A stretch of DNA of 50,519 bases from Elusimicrobiales bacterium (GCA_036171915.1 JAVHRY010000039.1:1-50519); one strand, 5' to 3'; shown: positions 1 through 9,826, numbered from the stretch's first letter. Numbers and translations: made by a program. The notes: generated by a model not told the origin, from the sequence alone.

Positions 1-113
1 GCGTCCAGTTAGCGGCGCCGGCCGGGGAAGCGAAAACGAGAAGGAGCGCGAGGTGTTTTATCATTTAATATACGGGCGGGCAGCTCCCTGCCGCCGCGCC
101 CCGCAGCTACATT

Positions 114-1565
114 CTAGAACTTATGCCACAGCATCTGCGTGGTCACGTCGTGGTGGAACAGCACCTCCGAGGTCTTTACGATGGTGCCCAGCTCCTTGGG
201 GCTGCGGTCCGCGGCGGCCTGTTTATGCGCGGCGTACTTCTCGTGCGGGGCGGCCCCTAGCACGCCCTTTATGAAGTCGCTCCCGCGGAAGATGCGGATA
301 GCGTCGTAGATATTGCCGGGCAGGAAGCGCACGCGGTCGCGCTTGCTTTCGTCCCTGGTCAGCGGATCGCCGTCCAGCGCGGTACGCAGCAGCGCGTACA
401 GGGCCAGGTAGGGATTGGCGTCCGGGGCCACGGAGCGTATCTCCAGGCGCGCGGTCTTGTCGTTGCCGGCCGGGATACGGATCATGGCGCCGCGGTCCAC
501 CGAAGACACCTTTATCTGGTTCGGCGCCTCAAAATGAGGGTCCAGGCGCCGGTAGGCGTTCACGCTGGGGTTAAGAATAAGCGACAATTCCTGCGCGTGG
601 TTGAGGATGCGCGCTACCACGTCCCAGGCCTCTTTGGAAAGGCCGTCCTCGCCTTTGGCGTCGTGGAAGATATTCTTCCCCCCCTTGGAGAAGGAGAGGT
701 TCAGGTGCATGCCGCTGCCGTTCACGCCCGCCACGGGCTTGGGCAGGAAAGTGGCGGTCATGCCCATGTTGGCGGCAACCTGGCGGCAGACCAGCTTGTA
801 AAGCTGCACCAGGTCGCAGGCGCGCACCACGCCCGCGTGGGAGAAATTCAGCTCGAACTGCGACGGGGCCACCTCGGGGTGGTCCTTCTCGTTGCGGAAA
901 CCCATCGCCCGCTGCGCCTCCGCGGCGGTGTCGATGAAGATCTTCAGCGGGGCCAGCGGCAGCGAATGGAAGTAGCCGCCGGAAGAAATAAGTTCGAAGC
1001 CGTTCACCTCGTTATAAGCCTGCTCGGCGTTGGAGCCCTTCACCACGAAGCCCTCCACCTCGCCGGCCACGTTGGCGGTCAGGCCGCGCGTCTTTTTCAT
1101 TTCCGCCGCCAGTTCTACCAGGCGCGCGCGGAAATCAGATTCGTACGTGGTCTTGTCGCGGCCCAGCACGGTGCCGAACATGATCACCTTGCCGGGGCCG
1201 AACACGTCGGAAGGCAGCCAGACGATGCTGCCCCAGTCTATGCCCAGGCGCAGATCCGATTCCTTCTGCGCGGAGAACCCGCGGATGGAGGAGCCGTCGA
1301 AGGTTAGATTGTCGTTGGACCGCAGGAAATACTGCTTGTCGTAGTCCAGCATCTGGAAACGCCCCTCAATATCGGTAAAGCAGACCGTTACGGCCTTAAG
1401 GCGTTTTTCCTTCTGCAGGTAGGCGCAGTATTTTTTTTCAAGTTCCGCCTGGGAAAACTTTTCGGCGGCTTCGGCGGCCTCGAGGTTCAAGACCTCGAGT
1501 TCGTCGTAGGGTATCTCCAGGAAGTTCTTGAGCGGCACATTTTCCACAGGCATGTTTTTTGGCAT
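114..1565 (-). CDS. glnA: Glutamine synthetase (type I family) with N-terminal extension
   Basis: 483-aa ORF with GS motifs FDGSSIRGF, HPEVAPSQFEL, FLPKP..GVNGSGMH, NAYRRL, RIP and RLEIRS..PDANPYL; GAGG RBS upstream. Confidence 0.9.
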   Translation of the reverse strand: MPKNMPVENVPLKNFLEIPYDELEVLNLEAAEAAEKFSQAELEKKYCAYLQKEKRLKAVTVCFTDIEGRFQMLDYDKQYFLRSNDNLTFDGSSIRGFSAQKESDLRLGIDWGSIVWLPSDVFGPGKVIMFGTVLGRDKTTYESDFRARLVELAAEMKKTRGLTANVAGEVEGFVVKGSNAEQAYNEVNGFELISSGGYFHSLPLAPLKIFIDTAAEAQRAMGFRNEKDHPEVAPSQFELNFSHAGVVRACDLVQLYKLVCRQVAANMGMTATFLPKPVAGVNGSGMHLNLSFSKGGKNIFHDAKGEDGLSKEAWDVVARILNHAQELSLILNPSVNAYRRLDPHFEAPNQIKVSSVDRGAMIRIPAGNDKTARLEIRSVAPDANPYLALYALLRTALDGDPLTRDESKRDRVRFLPGNIYDAIRIFRGSDFIKGVLGAAPHEKYAAHKQAAADRSPKELGTIVKTSEVLFHHDVTTQMLWHKF

Positions 1566-1595
1566 AGACTACCTCAAGGATATGGATTTAAGATA

Positions 1596-1645
1596 ATTAT
1601 ATATGATTTTAGTCTAAATATCAAGGTTTTAGGTCATAATCCACA
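1596..1645 (-). promoter_or_regulatory. Probable glnA promoter (-10 TATAAT) with two upstream TAG(G)TC-type boxes
   Basis: ATTATA at 1596-1601 reads TATAAT on the minus strand; tagtctaaatatcaa (1610-1624) and taggtcataatccaca (1630-1645) resemble the boxes at 19.6-19.8 kb. Confidence 0.4.
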
Positions 1646-1654
1646 ATAGTTATC

Positions 1655-3964
1655 CTACATCACCTTTTTTATGGCCGCCAGCACCTTATCCGGGGTAAAA
1701 GGCGCCTCGTAAAGCCTTGCGCCGGTGGCGTTATAAATGGCGTTGGCAATGGCCGGCAGCGGGCCGTTTATCCCTATTTCCGACACCGACTTGGCGCCGA
1801 AAGGCCCGTTTGGCTCCCAGGTGGGAATAATAAAAGTGCGCACCGGGGGGGTGTCGGCGGCAGAGAAGATCTTGTAGCGCCTGAAAGAGGCGTTGAGCGG
1901 AGTGCCGTTGGAGGAGAATTCCATTTCCTCGGACAGGCTGTGGCTTATCCCGTTCAAGACCGCGCCGTCGTTCTGGCCCTCCGCCAGCTGGGGATTTATG
2001 GCCGTGCCGCAATCCACGCAGGAGACGTAGTCCAGGATCTTTACCTTGCCGGTTTCGGTATCCACCTCAACGTCCACGAAGTTGGCCTGGAAAGGCGGCG
2101 GGGAAGTATGGGCGAAATGCGAGGCGGAGGCCGTTATCTGGTGCTGGTCGTAATAGTACAGCGAGGTGTTAGCCACCTCGGAAAGGGAGCAGGAGGCGCC
2201 GCTCCTGGCGACCACTTTCCCCCCGTCCAGGGACAGCTCCTCTTTTTTCTGGTCCAGGATCTTAGCGCCGACTTCCAAGATCATCTCCCGCACCTTTTCG
2301 GCGGTCTTCTTCACCGCGCCGCCGGAAATAAAGGTGGTGGAAGAGGCGTAAGCCCCCACGTCGAACGGGGTGATATCCGTATCGGAGGAGGTGACGATGA
2401 TATCGTCGGTCTTCACCCCGAGCACCTCGGCCGCTATCTGCGCCAGTATGGTGTCCGAGCCCGTGCCCAGGTCGGCCGCGCCTATAAGCAGGTTAAACGA
2501 GCCGTCCTCGTTCATCTTGATGGTGGCGCAAGCCATGTCAACCTCGGGGATGCCGGAGCCCTGCATCATGCAGGCCACGCCCAGGCCGCGGCGCACCGGG
2601 CCGCTCTGGTTGGCGTATTGGGCCTTTTTCTCGGTCCACTTTATCTCGTCGGCACCCTTCTGGATGGCCTCGGTAAGGCCGCAGGAGGTGATGACCTGGT
2701 CAACACCCTCGCGCCCCTCGCCCATGGCCTTGAATACGGGTGAACCTTCGCCCAGTTTTATGTAATTCATTTTCCTGAATTCCACCGCGTCCATGCCTAT
2801 TTTCTCCGCCATCATATCCATCAGGCATTCCCAGGCAAAAAAAGACTGCGTGGCGCCGTAGCCGCGGTAGGCCCCGGCCACCGGCATGTTGGTATAGACG
2901 CTGCGCCCGATGAATTTTATATTGTTCTTTATGCGGTACATCGGGATAGTGTGGGACCCCGCGCACATCATAACGGTAAGCGCGTGCGAGCCGTAAGCCC
3001 CGGTATTAAGGGTTATCTCCAGCTCCGCGTCGGTTATGGTGCCGTCCTTTTTAACGCCGGCCTTGATGCGGGCGACCGAAGGGTGCCGGGTGCGCGACGA
3101 GATAAAGGTCTCTTTGCGGGTATATTCAAGCTTGACCGGGAGGCCGGCCTTAAGCGCCAGCGCGGCCACGATGTCCTCCAGCACCTCCTGCTTGGAGCCG
3201 AAGCCGCCGCCTATGCGGGGCTTTATAACGCGTATCTTTTTGACGGGGAGCTTAAGCGCCTGCGCCACTATGCGGCGCACGTGAAAGGGCACCTGCGTGG
3301 AGGTTCTGAGCACCAGGCGGCCGACGTTATCGAAGTAAGCTATGGTAACGTGCGGCTCCAGGGCACAGTGCTGCAGGTACGGTATTTTCCAGCTGTGTTC
3401 CAGCACGAAATCCGCTTCCTTGAACCAGTCGCCGTTCTTAACCTCGAACTCATACTTGGCGGCGATATTATGCTTGACGTCCGGGATGTTCTTGGAATCC
3501 GGCTCGTCGTGTATCATCGGCGCGCCGTCCTTCATAGCCTCGACGGGGTCGAACACGGCGGGCAGCAGCTCATACTCCACCTTTATTTTAGAGAGGGCTT
3601 CCTGGGCGGCCTCGGGGGTAACGGCGGCCACGGCGGCCACGCGGTCGCCCACGTAGCGCACCCTGTTGTCCAAGGTATAGGTATCGTAAGGCGAGGGCTC
3701 CGGGAAACCCTGCCCGGCGGTGGTATGCGGCACGCGCGGCAGGTCCTTGTAGGTAAGCACGGCTTTCACGCCGGGAACTTTCAGCGCGGCGGAGACGTCT
3801 ATATTTTTAATTTTTGCGTGCGCGTGCGGGCTCCACAGTATTTTGCCGCACAGCAGGCCCTTTATGTCCACGTCGTCGGTAAAGGCGGGCTCGCCGCAGG
3901 CCAGGCCCAGCGCGTCCATTTTCAACACCGGCTTGTTAACGACTTTAAGATTTTTAGCGTCCAT
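1655..3964 (-). CDS. Xanthine dehydrogenase family molybdopterin-binding subunit (XdhD-like)
   Basis: 769 aa; SPHAHAKI, TTAGQGFPEPSPYD (XdhD-like), GGGFGSKQE, AYRGYGATQ, GAYASSTT, GPFGAKSVSE. Confidence 0.9.
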   Translation of the reverse strand: MDAKNLKVVNKPVLKMDALGLACGEPAFTDDVDIKGLLCGKILWSPHAHAKIKNIDVSAALKVPGVKAVLTYKDLPRVPHTTAGQGFPEPSPYDTYTLDNRVRYVGDRVAAVAAVTPEAAQEALSKIKVEYELLPAVFDPVEAMKDGAPMIHDEPDSKNIPDVKHNIAAKYEFEVKNGDWFKEADFVLEHSWKIPYLQHCALEPHVTIAYFDNVGRLVLRTSTQVPFHVRRIVAQALKLPVKKIRVIKPRIGGGFGSKQEVLEDIVAALALKAGLPVKLEYTRKETFISSRTRHPSVARIKAGVKKDGTITDAELEITLNTGAYGSHALTVMMCAGSHTIPMYRIKNNIKFIGRSVYTNMPVAGAYRGYGATQSFFAWECLMDMMAEKIGMDAVEFRKMNYIKLGEGSPVFKAMGEGREGVDQVITSCGLTEAIQKGADEIKWTEKKAQYANQSGPVRRGLGVACMMQGSGIPEVDMACATIKMNEDGSFNLLIGAADLGTGSDTILAQIAAEVLGVKTDDIIVTSSDTDITPFDVGAYASSTTFISGGAVKKTAEKVREMILEVGAKILDQKKEELSLDGGKVVARSGASCSLSEVANTSLYYYDQHQITASASHFAHTSPPPFQANFVDVEVDTETGKVKILDYVSCVDCGTAINPQLAEGQNDGAVLNGISHSLSEEMEFSSNGTPLNASFRRYKIFSAADTPPVRTFIIPTWEPNGPFGAKSVSEIGINGPLPAIANAIYNATGARLYEAPFTPDKVLAAIKKVM

Positions 3965-4007
3965 GGTTTCCTTTAAAAAGTCTATTCCCGCTGCCCGGCT
4001 CCGAAGT

Positions 4008-4514
4008 TCAGCGCTTAGCCCTGAGCCTTTTCGCCGCGTCCTTTACAGCTTCCACCTGTTTTACGTAGCCGGTACAGCGGCACAGGTTGCCGTCCAGGGC
4101 CTTGCGTATCTCCTGCTCTGTCGGGTTCGGGGTCCTGTCCAGCAGGTGTTTGGAGGAGAGTATCATGCCGGGGATACAGAAACCACACTGCACGGCGCCG
4201 GCCGCCACAAAAGCCTCCTGCAGGGGGTGCGGATCGCGCACCGAACCCAGGCCCTCTATGGTGGTTATTTCCCCGCCGTGGGCGGTTACCGCCGGGGTTA
4301 GGCAGCCCAGCACGGGGCGCCCGTTCAGAATAACGGTGCAGGAGCCGCAGTCGCCGGTGTCGCAGCCCTTCTTGGCGCCTTTCCAGCCGTGCCGGCGCAG
4401 CGCGTCCAGCAGGAATTCCCCGTTCTTAACGGAGAGTTCTTTTTTTTCGCCGTTGACGGTAAGCGAGATCTCGAAAAAACCGTTGCGCGTTTCTATCATG
4501 TCGTTCTTTTTCAT
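4008..4514 (-). CDS. (2Fe-2S)-binding small subunit of molybdenum hydroxylase
   Basis: GCDTGDCGSC..C, QCGFC and GNLCRCTGY motifs. Confidence 0.93.
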   Translation of the reverse strand: MKKNDMIETRNGFFEISLTVNGEKKELSVKNGEFLLDALRRHGWKGAKKGCDTGDCGSCTVILNGRPVLGCLTPAVTAHGGEITTIEGLGSVRDPHPLQEAFVAAGAVQCGFCIPGMILSSKHLLDRTPNPTEQEIRKALDGNLCRCTGYVKQVEAVKDAAKRLRAKR

Positions 4515-4527
4515 ATAGGGTTCCTGA

Positions 4528-5328
4528 TCAAAGAGATTTCACGAAGCGTACAAGCAGGTTCACGGCGGCGGCCTCCCGGTACTCGCCGGCGCGGACCGCG
4601 TTGAGGTCGGCCGCGAAAGCCCCGGCGGGGGAAGCCCCCGACAGCAGGGCCTTTTCAGCGGCTGGCGAGCGGAAAGGCCTGGGAGCAAGCGCCCCGACCG
4701 CGACCCTGGCCTGAGTTACAGCTTTCCCTTTTTTCTCGGCGGCGAAGAACAGGGTTATATAAGACTCCCAGCTGGATTTTGTCTTGGCCAGTTTTACGAA
4801 TTCGCATTTCCATTTTTTAGTTTTAGCCGGGATCACGATCTCGGTAATAAGGCAGTCCAGCCCCGGGCGCAGGCCCGCCGTGTAAAGGGCTGAAAAATCC
4901 AGCAGTTTTGTGCCGCCTTTAACCTGCAGGCGCACCTTGGCGTCCAGGCCAAGCAGCACTACGGGAAAAATATTAAAGGAATGCGGCCGGGCGATATTGC
5001 CGCCGATGGTGGCCATATTGCGTATCAGCTGGCTGGAGCATTTAGCGGCGGCCGAAGAGATAACGCCCCCGGCCCAGCCCCTGCAAAGCCGGTCGCGGTC
5101 TATCATGTCGAAAGTGGCGCCGGCGCCTATTACCAGGCCGCCGCCGGAGAACTTTATCCCTTTTATGGGCAGGTTCTTCAGGTCCAGGTAGGTATCTACC
5201 GTGTCCGGCAGGGTTTTAGCCACCAGCGTGCCGCCGGCCAGCGCCATGGCCTTGTACTTTTTATTAAGCAGCAGCGTTAAGGCCGCCTTTATGCCGGCGG
5301 GGAAAGCGTAGTATTTAATGTTTTTCAC
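4528..5328 (-). CDS. FAD-binding subunit of molybdenum hydroxylase (YgfM/XdhB-like)
   Basis: LAGGTLV and IRNMATIGGNI motifs; GGAG RBS; directly upstream of the 2Fe-2S and Mo subunits. Confidence 0.88.
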   Translation of the reverse strand: MKNIKYYAFPAGIKAALTLLLNKKYKAMALAGGTLVAKTLPDTVDTYLDLKNLPIKGIKFSGGGLVIGAGATFDMIDRDRLCRGWAGGVISSAAAKCSSQLIRNMATIGGNIARPHSFNIFPVVLLGLDAKVRLQVKGGTKLLDFSALYTAGLRPGLDCLITEIVIPAKTKKWKCEFVKLAKTKSSWESYITLFFAAEKKGKAVTQARVAVGALAPRPFRSPAAEKALLSGASPAGAFAADLNAVRAGEYREAAAVNLLVRFVKSL

Positions 5329-5397
5329 AATTCTCTCCTAAGATTAGAACCCAAACACTACTTTAGCTGAACAATGCCTTAAGCGGTACTTTTCAGA

Positions 5398-5523
5398 TTC
5401 ACAGCAGAGTCGCAAAGAACGCAGAGCACAGCGCTTCTGTTATCTTCAAAAAAACGATTCAAATCCCAAACGTATACCGCTCGCCGTTACTCCTCTCTGC
5501 GGACTCCGCGCCTTTGCGGTAAA
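5398..5523. repeat. Imperfect inverted repeat made of CGCAGAG-like units (REP-like extragenic element)
   Basis: ttcacagcagagtcgcaaagaacgcagag (5398-5426) versus the reverse complement of 5495-5523, tttaccgcaaaggcgcggagtccgcagag: 21/29 identical. Confidence 0.55.
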
Positions 5524-5539
5524 ATCCTGGTCCACTACG

Positions 5540-7258
5540 CTATTTACTACTTGCTTCTTCAAAATAAGGGTGCGGCAGATAAGGCTGGCGGTCCGGCTTA
5601 TTTTCCGTCGGTTTAAGTTCCATTTCCTGCACCAGCAGCGCCGACGGCGCAATTATTGAAGCAGGCACAAAACCGCGGTTATAGAAGAACGGCCCGGACT
5701 GGTAGTAATTGTAAACGTAATCCGCGTCGGAAACAAGCTGGATGTCGCGCAGCGCCCGGAAGGTGACCCCGGTCCAGTCGGCCGGGCCTATTAAACGCTC
5801 GGAGCCGTCCTTAACGCTTACCCTGTAAGCGAGCACCGGCCCCGCCAGCAGGTCTTCGCTCTTTTTATCCGCCTCGGGATCCAGGCGGCGCACGATAAGG
5901 GCGTAGTCCAGCCCGCTGTCCGCGGCCATAGCCAGCAGCTTCTTTTTAAGCTCGGCGACAGGCGCGCGCTTTTCGGGCTGGGCCTTAAAAAAAACGCTGC
6001 CGGGGCGCGGGGTGGCGAATTCGCTGGTAAAACCGCGGGCGTGGCCGTTTGAAACCCGGAACTCCTTAACCGGGGCCCGGCCCATATAGAAATTCACGAG
6101 TTTCCCGTTTTTAACCAGTTCAAGCGGGGCCGGCCGCACCCCCTCGTTGTCTATGGGATAGCTGCCGTTCAGGTCAACGCCTTTATAAGCCAGCTCAAGC
6201 GGGTTGTCGGTAACGCTCATGAAAGCGGGCAGAACGCGCATATTCAGTTTTTTTGTCAGTTCTCCGGAAGCTATGTAGTAGTGCAGCCAGTCTTCGTGGT
6301 CGGCCCAGGGCTTGCGGGCATAAGAAATATCGCTTACAAAAAGCTGGTTCAGGAATTCAGCGGCGGCCTGGTCTTCGAACAGCACCGGCCCCAGGTAAAC
6401 CTCGGCGGTAGAGGAATCCACCAGGTAGCTCATCTCCCTGGCGAAGTTTTCGGTTTCAGCGGCTAAGGCCTCATAGGGCGGAACCGCGCCAAGGGAGCGC
6501 CAGGCAAAGGCTTTCGTGTCGGAGATCTTGTGCCCGGCGCGGTCCTGCACGGAGACGCTTATATTCAGTTCGACCTTGTCCCACCAGTAGCGGTAGGAGG
6601 AACCCTCGCTGTTTACAAAACGCACGGTGCGCAGCGCGCGGTTGAAAGCCACCTGCGACCCCTGCACCCTGGGATAGCTGCGAAAGATAGCCGACAGTTT
6701 TTTTACGTTCTCCCGCCAGGCGGCGGCGTCAAAAGGTTCAGCCGCGGCCCTGTCGTTAAAGAAAGAGACTTTTGGGGCGTCGGAGAGGTCGCCGTAGAGC
6801 TCCGTTATGTTCTTCTTTTTTTGGTAGGCTTTTTTCTGCGAATACTTCTCCAGCGCTTTCTTATAGATGTCGTCGGTAAGCGACCAGAGCGAAAAACGTA
6901 TGGCGTCGTAGCCGTCCTCTTCGTTCAGGGAGGCCGAGCCCGGCTCGTAGGCGTCGAAGTCCTGGCCGACGTAGCCGGAATTGTCAAAGTCACGGTCCCC
7001 CACGCGCAGGTCAACCATGGCATTGCGGGCGATATTAACGTTTTCGTCGCGCAGCGCCCCGAACACGGCGGAGACCGAGTTCTCGGTGGAATCAGTTACG
7101 TAATAAGACGCGAAATAAGGCCTGTCCAGACTGTCCATTTTAAGGCGGCTTATAGTGCGCTGCATCTCGTCCGTCATGGCCTTAAGGACCATATCGTCCG
7201 CGGCAGCGGCGGGAAGGGCCGGAGATAAGACCATCAGCAGAAGCAGATATTTTTTCAT
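5540..7258 (-). CDS. TldE/PmbA-like non-catalytic subunit with signal peptide
   Basis: 572 aa; paralogous to the upstream TldD (DLRVG, DNEGV, SNGHARG); no HExxxH; N-terminus MKKYLLLLMVLSPALPAAAA. Confidence 0.8.
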   Translation of the reverse strand: MKKYLLLLMVLSPALPAAAADDMVLKAMTDEMQRTISRLKMDSLDRPYFASYYVTDSTENSVSAVFGALRDENVNIARNAMVDLRVGDRDFDNSGYVGQDFDAYEPGSASLNEEDGYDAIRFSLWSLTDDIYKKALEKYSQKKAYQKKKNITELYGDLSDAPKVSFFNDRAAAEPFDAAAWRENVKKLSAIFRSYPRVQGSQVAFNRALRTVRFVNSEGSSYRYWWDKVELNISVSVQDRAGHKISDTKAFAWRSLGAVPPYEALAAETENFAREMSYLVDSSTAEVYLGPVLFEDQAAAEFLNQLFVSDISYARKPWADHEDWLHYYIASGELTKKLNMRVLPAFMSVTDNPLELAYKGVDLNGSYPIDNEGVRPAPLELVKNGKLVNFYMGRAPVKEFRVSNGHARGFTSEFATPRPGSVFFKAQPEKRAPVAELKKKLLAMAADSGLDYALIVRRLDPEADKKSEDLLAGPVLAYRVSVKDGSERLIGPADWTGVTFRALRDIQLVSDADYVYNYYQSGPFFYNRGFVPASIIAPSALLVQEMELKPTENKPDRQPYLPHPYFEEASSK

Positions 7259-7275
7259 AAATTTTATTTCCCGGC

Positions 7276-8961
7276 TTATTTATCCGTAAACGGGGGGTTC
7301 AGCACCGGCGGCTTGGCGTTGGATTTCTGCACCTTTTCCGTTTCCATTTCCGAGAACAGCAGGCTCGGCGCCACCGCGGACACCGGCACCCAGCCGGACT
7401 CAGCCCCGCAGGAGCCGTTGAATACGCCGTAATCGTCGCTGGTGACCAGTATGCGCGCGAAGGTCTGCAGCGGCGTGCCTATAAGGTTAAGCCCGCGGGC
7501 CGGCTCGTCCGGCCGCCCGTCGGCGTAGACCTTGTAGGCCATAGTCGCCTGCACGGAGAAACTCTGCGGCAGGGAGCGTTCGGTTATGGTAAATCCCCCC
7601 GAAATATCGGTGACCAGAAGGCCGTAAGGCTTGCCGGCCTTCTTAACTTCGGCTATAAGCCGGGCCCGCAGCTGGGCGTAAGGCACGGTGCTGGAGGAGA
7701 CCGCTATCAGGTTCCCCTGCCGGGCCACGGCGCCGCGGCTTTCGGAGCGGCGCCCGTGGCCGTTGGAGACCGGGAAATTTTTAATGGGCGAGCGGTTCAT
7801 TATAAACCCCTTAAGCACGCCATTCTCCACCAGCACCGCCTTCTGCGCCTTGACAGCCTCGTCGTCATAGCGGTAAAAGCCGCGCAGGAATTGGCCGTCC
7901 TGCCGGTACTGGGTGGGGTCGTCGTAAACAGTAAGGAAGGCCGGCATTATGGACTGACCCACTTTTTTTGCGAAGGTCTGGCCGGACTCTTCGCTCTTCT
8001 GACGGTGGCCCTCCAGGCGGTGGCCGAGTATTTCGTGGAAAAAAACCCCGGCGGCGCGGTTTTCAAGCAGTACGGGGCCGGTATAAGGCTGCTCCGGCGG
8101 CGCGGCCCTCAGCGCCTTCAGTTCGGCTATGGAGCCGTCGATATCTTTGGCTATAAGGCTCTCGCCGGGGATCTCGCCGGGCTTGTCCGAGTCGTATATC
8201 TTTACGCGCGAAAGTTCCATGCCGTCGGGAGTGCGGGTGTACAGGGAATAAATGAAGCGCACGTAGGTATTGCCGGTCACTATCTCCGAACCCTCGGAAT
8301 TAACCATGTAGCGGTTGACGGTCTGCACCGAGAAGGAGACGTCCGAATCGTAGATAAAGCCGCTTGACTTGAATTTTTCGGAAAGGCGGCGCGCCATACC
8401 CCGGAATTTAGCCTTCTCAAAGGCAGGAAAGGAGTATTTTTCATAGAAGTTATCGGCGGGGCCGCTGGAAAAATCGTTAGACTTGTCCTCTTCTTCGGCC
8501 GTTACGCTCTTGTTCATTTTAACTTTAGCGTACTGGTCAAGGGCGGCTTTATAGGCCCTGTCGGTGAGGTTCCAGATCTCGGCGCGCAAAGGGGCGGGGT
8601 CGTCCTCCACCGGCAGCGTAAAGGCCTCCTGACTCTTTGAATTTGTATAGGCGTAATCGCCTTTTATCTCGTGCGTATTATCAAGCGTGGCCGAGCCCAC
8701 GCGCACGTCCACGTCGAGCTGGCGGCTGCGCCGGTTATCTTCGCTGTAAACCGAACCCTCCTGGGCCGAAACGTTATAGGAGGTCTTATCATAGGCCTCG
8801 TAGCCTATATAGTAAAGCGGCGCGGGCTCCGCATTTTTAAGCTTTTCGGCGGAACGGTCAAGTTCGGTCTTTAAGGCCGAGAGGAGCGGGTCCGAAGCGG
8901 CCGCCTGGGCAAAAACAGAGCAGGGGAACGCGAGCAGTACGGCGGCAAGCAGTTTTTTCAT
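7276..8961 (-). CDS. tldD: TldD family metalloprotease with signal peptide
   Basis: FFHEILGHRLEGH zinc motif, DDEAV, SNGHGRR, C-terminal CGAESG Cys ligand; signal peptide MKKLLAAVLLAFPCSVFA. Confidence 0.85.
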   Translation of the reverse strand: MKKLLAAVLLAFPCSVFAQAAASDPLLSALKTELDRSAEKLKNAEPAPLYYIGYEAYDKTSYNVSAQEGSVYSEDNRRSRQLDVDVRVGSATLDNTHEIKGDYAYTNSKSQEAFTLPVEDDPAPLRAEIWNLTDRAYKAALDQYAKVKMNKSVTAEEEDKSNDFSSGPADNFYEKYSFPAFEKAKFRGMARRLSEKFKSSGFIYDSDVSFSVQTVNRYMVNSEGSEIVTGNTYVRFIYSLYTRTPDGMELSRVKIYDSDKPGEIPGESLIAKDIDGSIAELKALRAAPPEQPYTGPVLLENRAAGVFFHEILGHRLEGHRQKSEESGQTFAKKVGQSIMPAFLTVYDDPTQYRQDGQFLRGFYRYDDEAVKAQKAVLVENGVLKGFIMNRSPIKNFPVSNGHGRRSESRGAVARQGNLIAVSSSTVPYAQLRARLIAEVKKAGKPYGLLVTDISGGFTITERSLPQSFSVQATMAYKVYADGRPDEPARGLNLIGTPLQTFARILVTSDDYGVFNGSCGAESGWVPVSAVAPSLLFSEMETEKVQKSNAKPPVLNPPFTDK

Positions 8962-8983
8962 CTGGCTCTCCTGTATTTAGGAA

Positions 8984-9826
8984 CTATTTTTTAAAAGGAT
9001 CAAGCGCCCGCCCAAGAAGAACGCCGCACATCTCGCGACGGTAGGCGGCCTGGCTGCGGGAGTCCGTTATGGGGGCGACCTCTGTTTTAACCAGGGCCGC
9101 GGCTTGCGCTATCACCCCGGCGGACAACTTTTTACCGGTCAGCCAGGCTGAGGTCTTAGCGGCGTAAAAAGGCACCGGGGCCACCGACCCCAGGGCCACG
9201 GAAATTTTTTTTACCAGCCCGCCCGAGAGTTCAACGGCCACGGCGACCGCCGCCTTGGAGATGCCGAAATAGGCGCGCGGCCCGAGCTTAAGGTAAGCCC
9301 CGGAGTGGGGACGCTTGGGCGCTTCAAAACAAATTATCAGTTCGTCGGGCCGGAGCGCGGTGCGCTTGGGGCCGAGGAAAAAGTCTTTCAGCGGGAGGCG
9401 GCGCTTTTTACCTCTGAGCGCAAGATGCACAAAAGCTCCCTCGGCGATAAGGGCGGTAGCGCCGTCGGCGCAGGGGCTGCCGTTGGCCGCGTTGCCGCCG
9501 AGCGTGGCCATATTGCGCAGGCTGGGGCTCGCGAAATGCGGGATGGCCGCCAGCAGCGCGGGGCACCAGCGGCGGGCGGCCGCGGAGCTTTCTATCTCCG
9601 AGATTTTTACTCCGGAACCTATAAAAACGGCGGCCGCCGTCTCCTTGATCCCGCGCAGTTCGGGGAGATCGCTTATATCCACCCAGCACTCCGATCTTTC
9701 GGCGCCGGCGTTGTCGGCGGTTACGATATCGGTGCCCCCGGCCAGGTAGCGCCTGGTTTTGGCCAGGCCGGGCAGGGTTTTCCAAAGGTCCTTGAGGTTA
9801 GAGGGTTTTACTATGATTTCAGGCAT
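8984..9826 (-). CDS. FAD-binding subunit of xanthine dehydrogenase family enzyme
   Basis: LAGGTD, LRNMATLGGNAANGSPCAD and PITDSRSQAAYR motifs. Confidence 0.9.
   Translation of the reverse strand: MPEIIVKPSNLKDLWKTLPGLAKTRRYLAGGTDIVTADNAGAERSECWVDISDLPELRGIKETAAAVFIGSGVKISEIESSAAARRWCPALLAAIPHFASPSLRNMATLGGNAANGSPCADGATALIAEGAFVHLALRGKKRRLPLKDFFLGPKRTALRPDELIICFEAPKRPHSGAYLKLGPRAYFGISKAAVAVAVELSGGLVKKISVALGSVAPVPFYAAKTSAWLTGKKLSAGVIAQAAALVKTEVAPITDSRSQAAYRREMCGVLLGRALDPFKK

Noticed and set aside
3965-4010. TGA readthrough or selenocysteine fusing the FeS and Mo subunits as in E. coli XdhD
   Set aside because: The two ORFs are in different frames and the Mo subunit has its own RBS and ATG.
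5446-5652. 68-aa ORF after tldD/tldE as a RiPP-like precursor substrate
   Set aside because: It overlaps the tldE-like gene end and the inverted repeat, with no RBS and no precursor-like composition.
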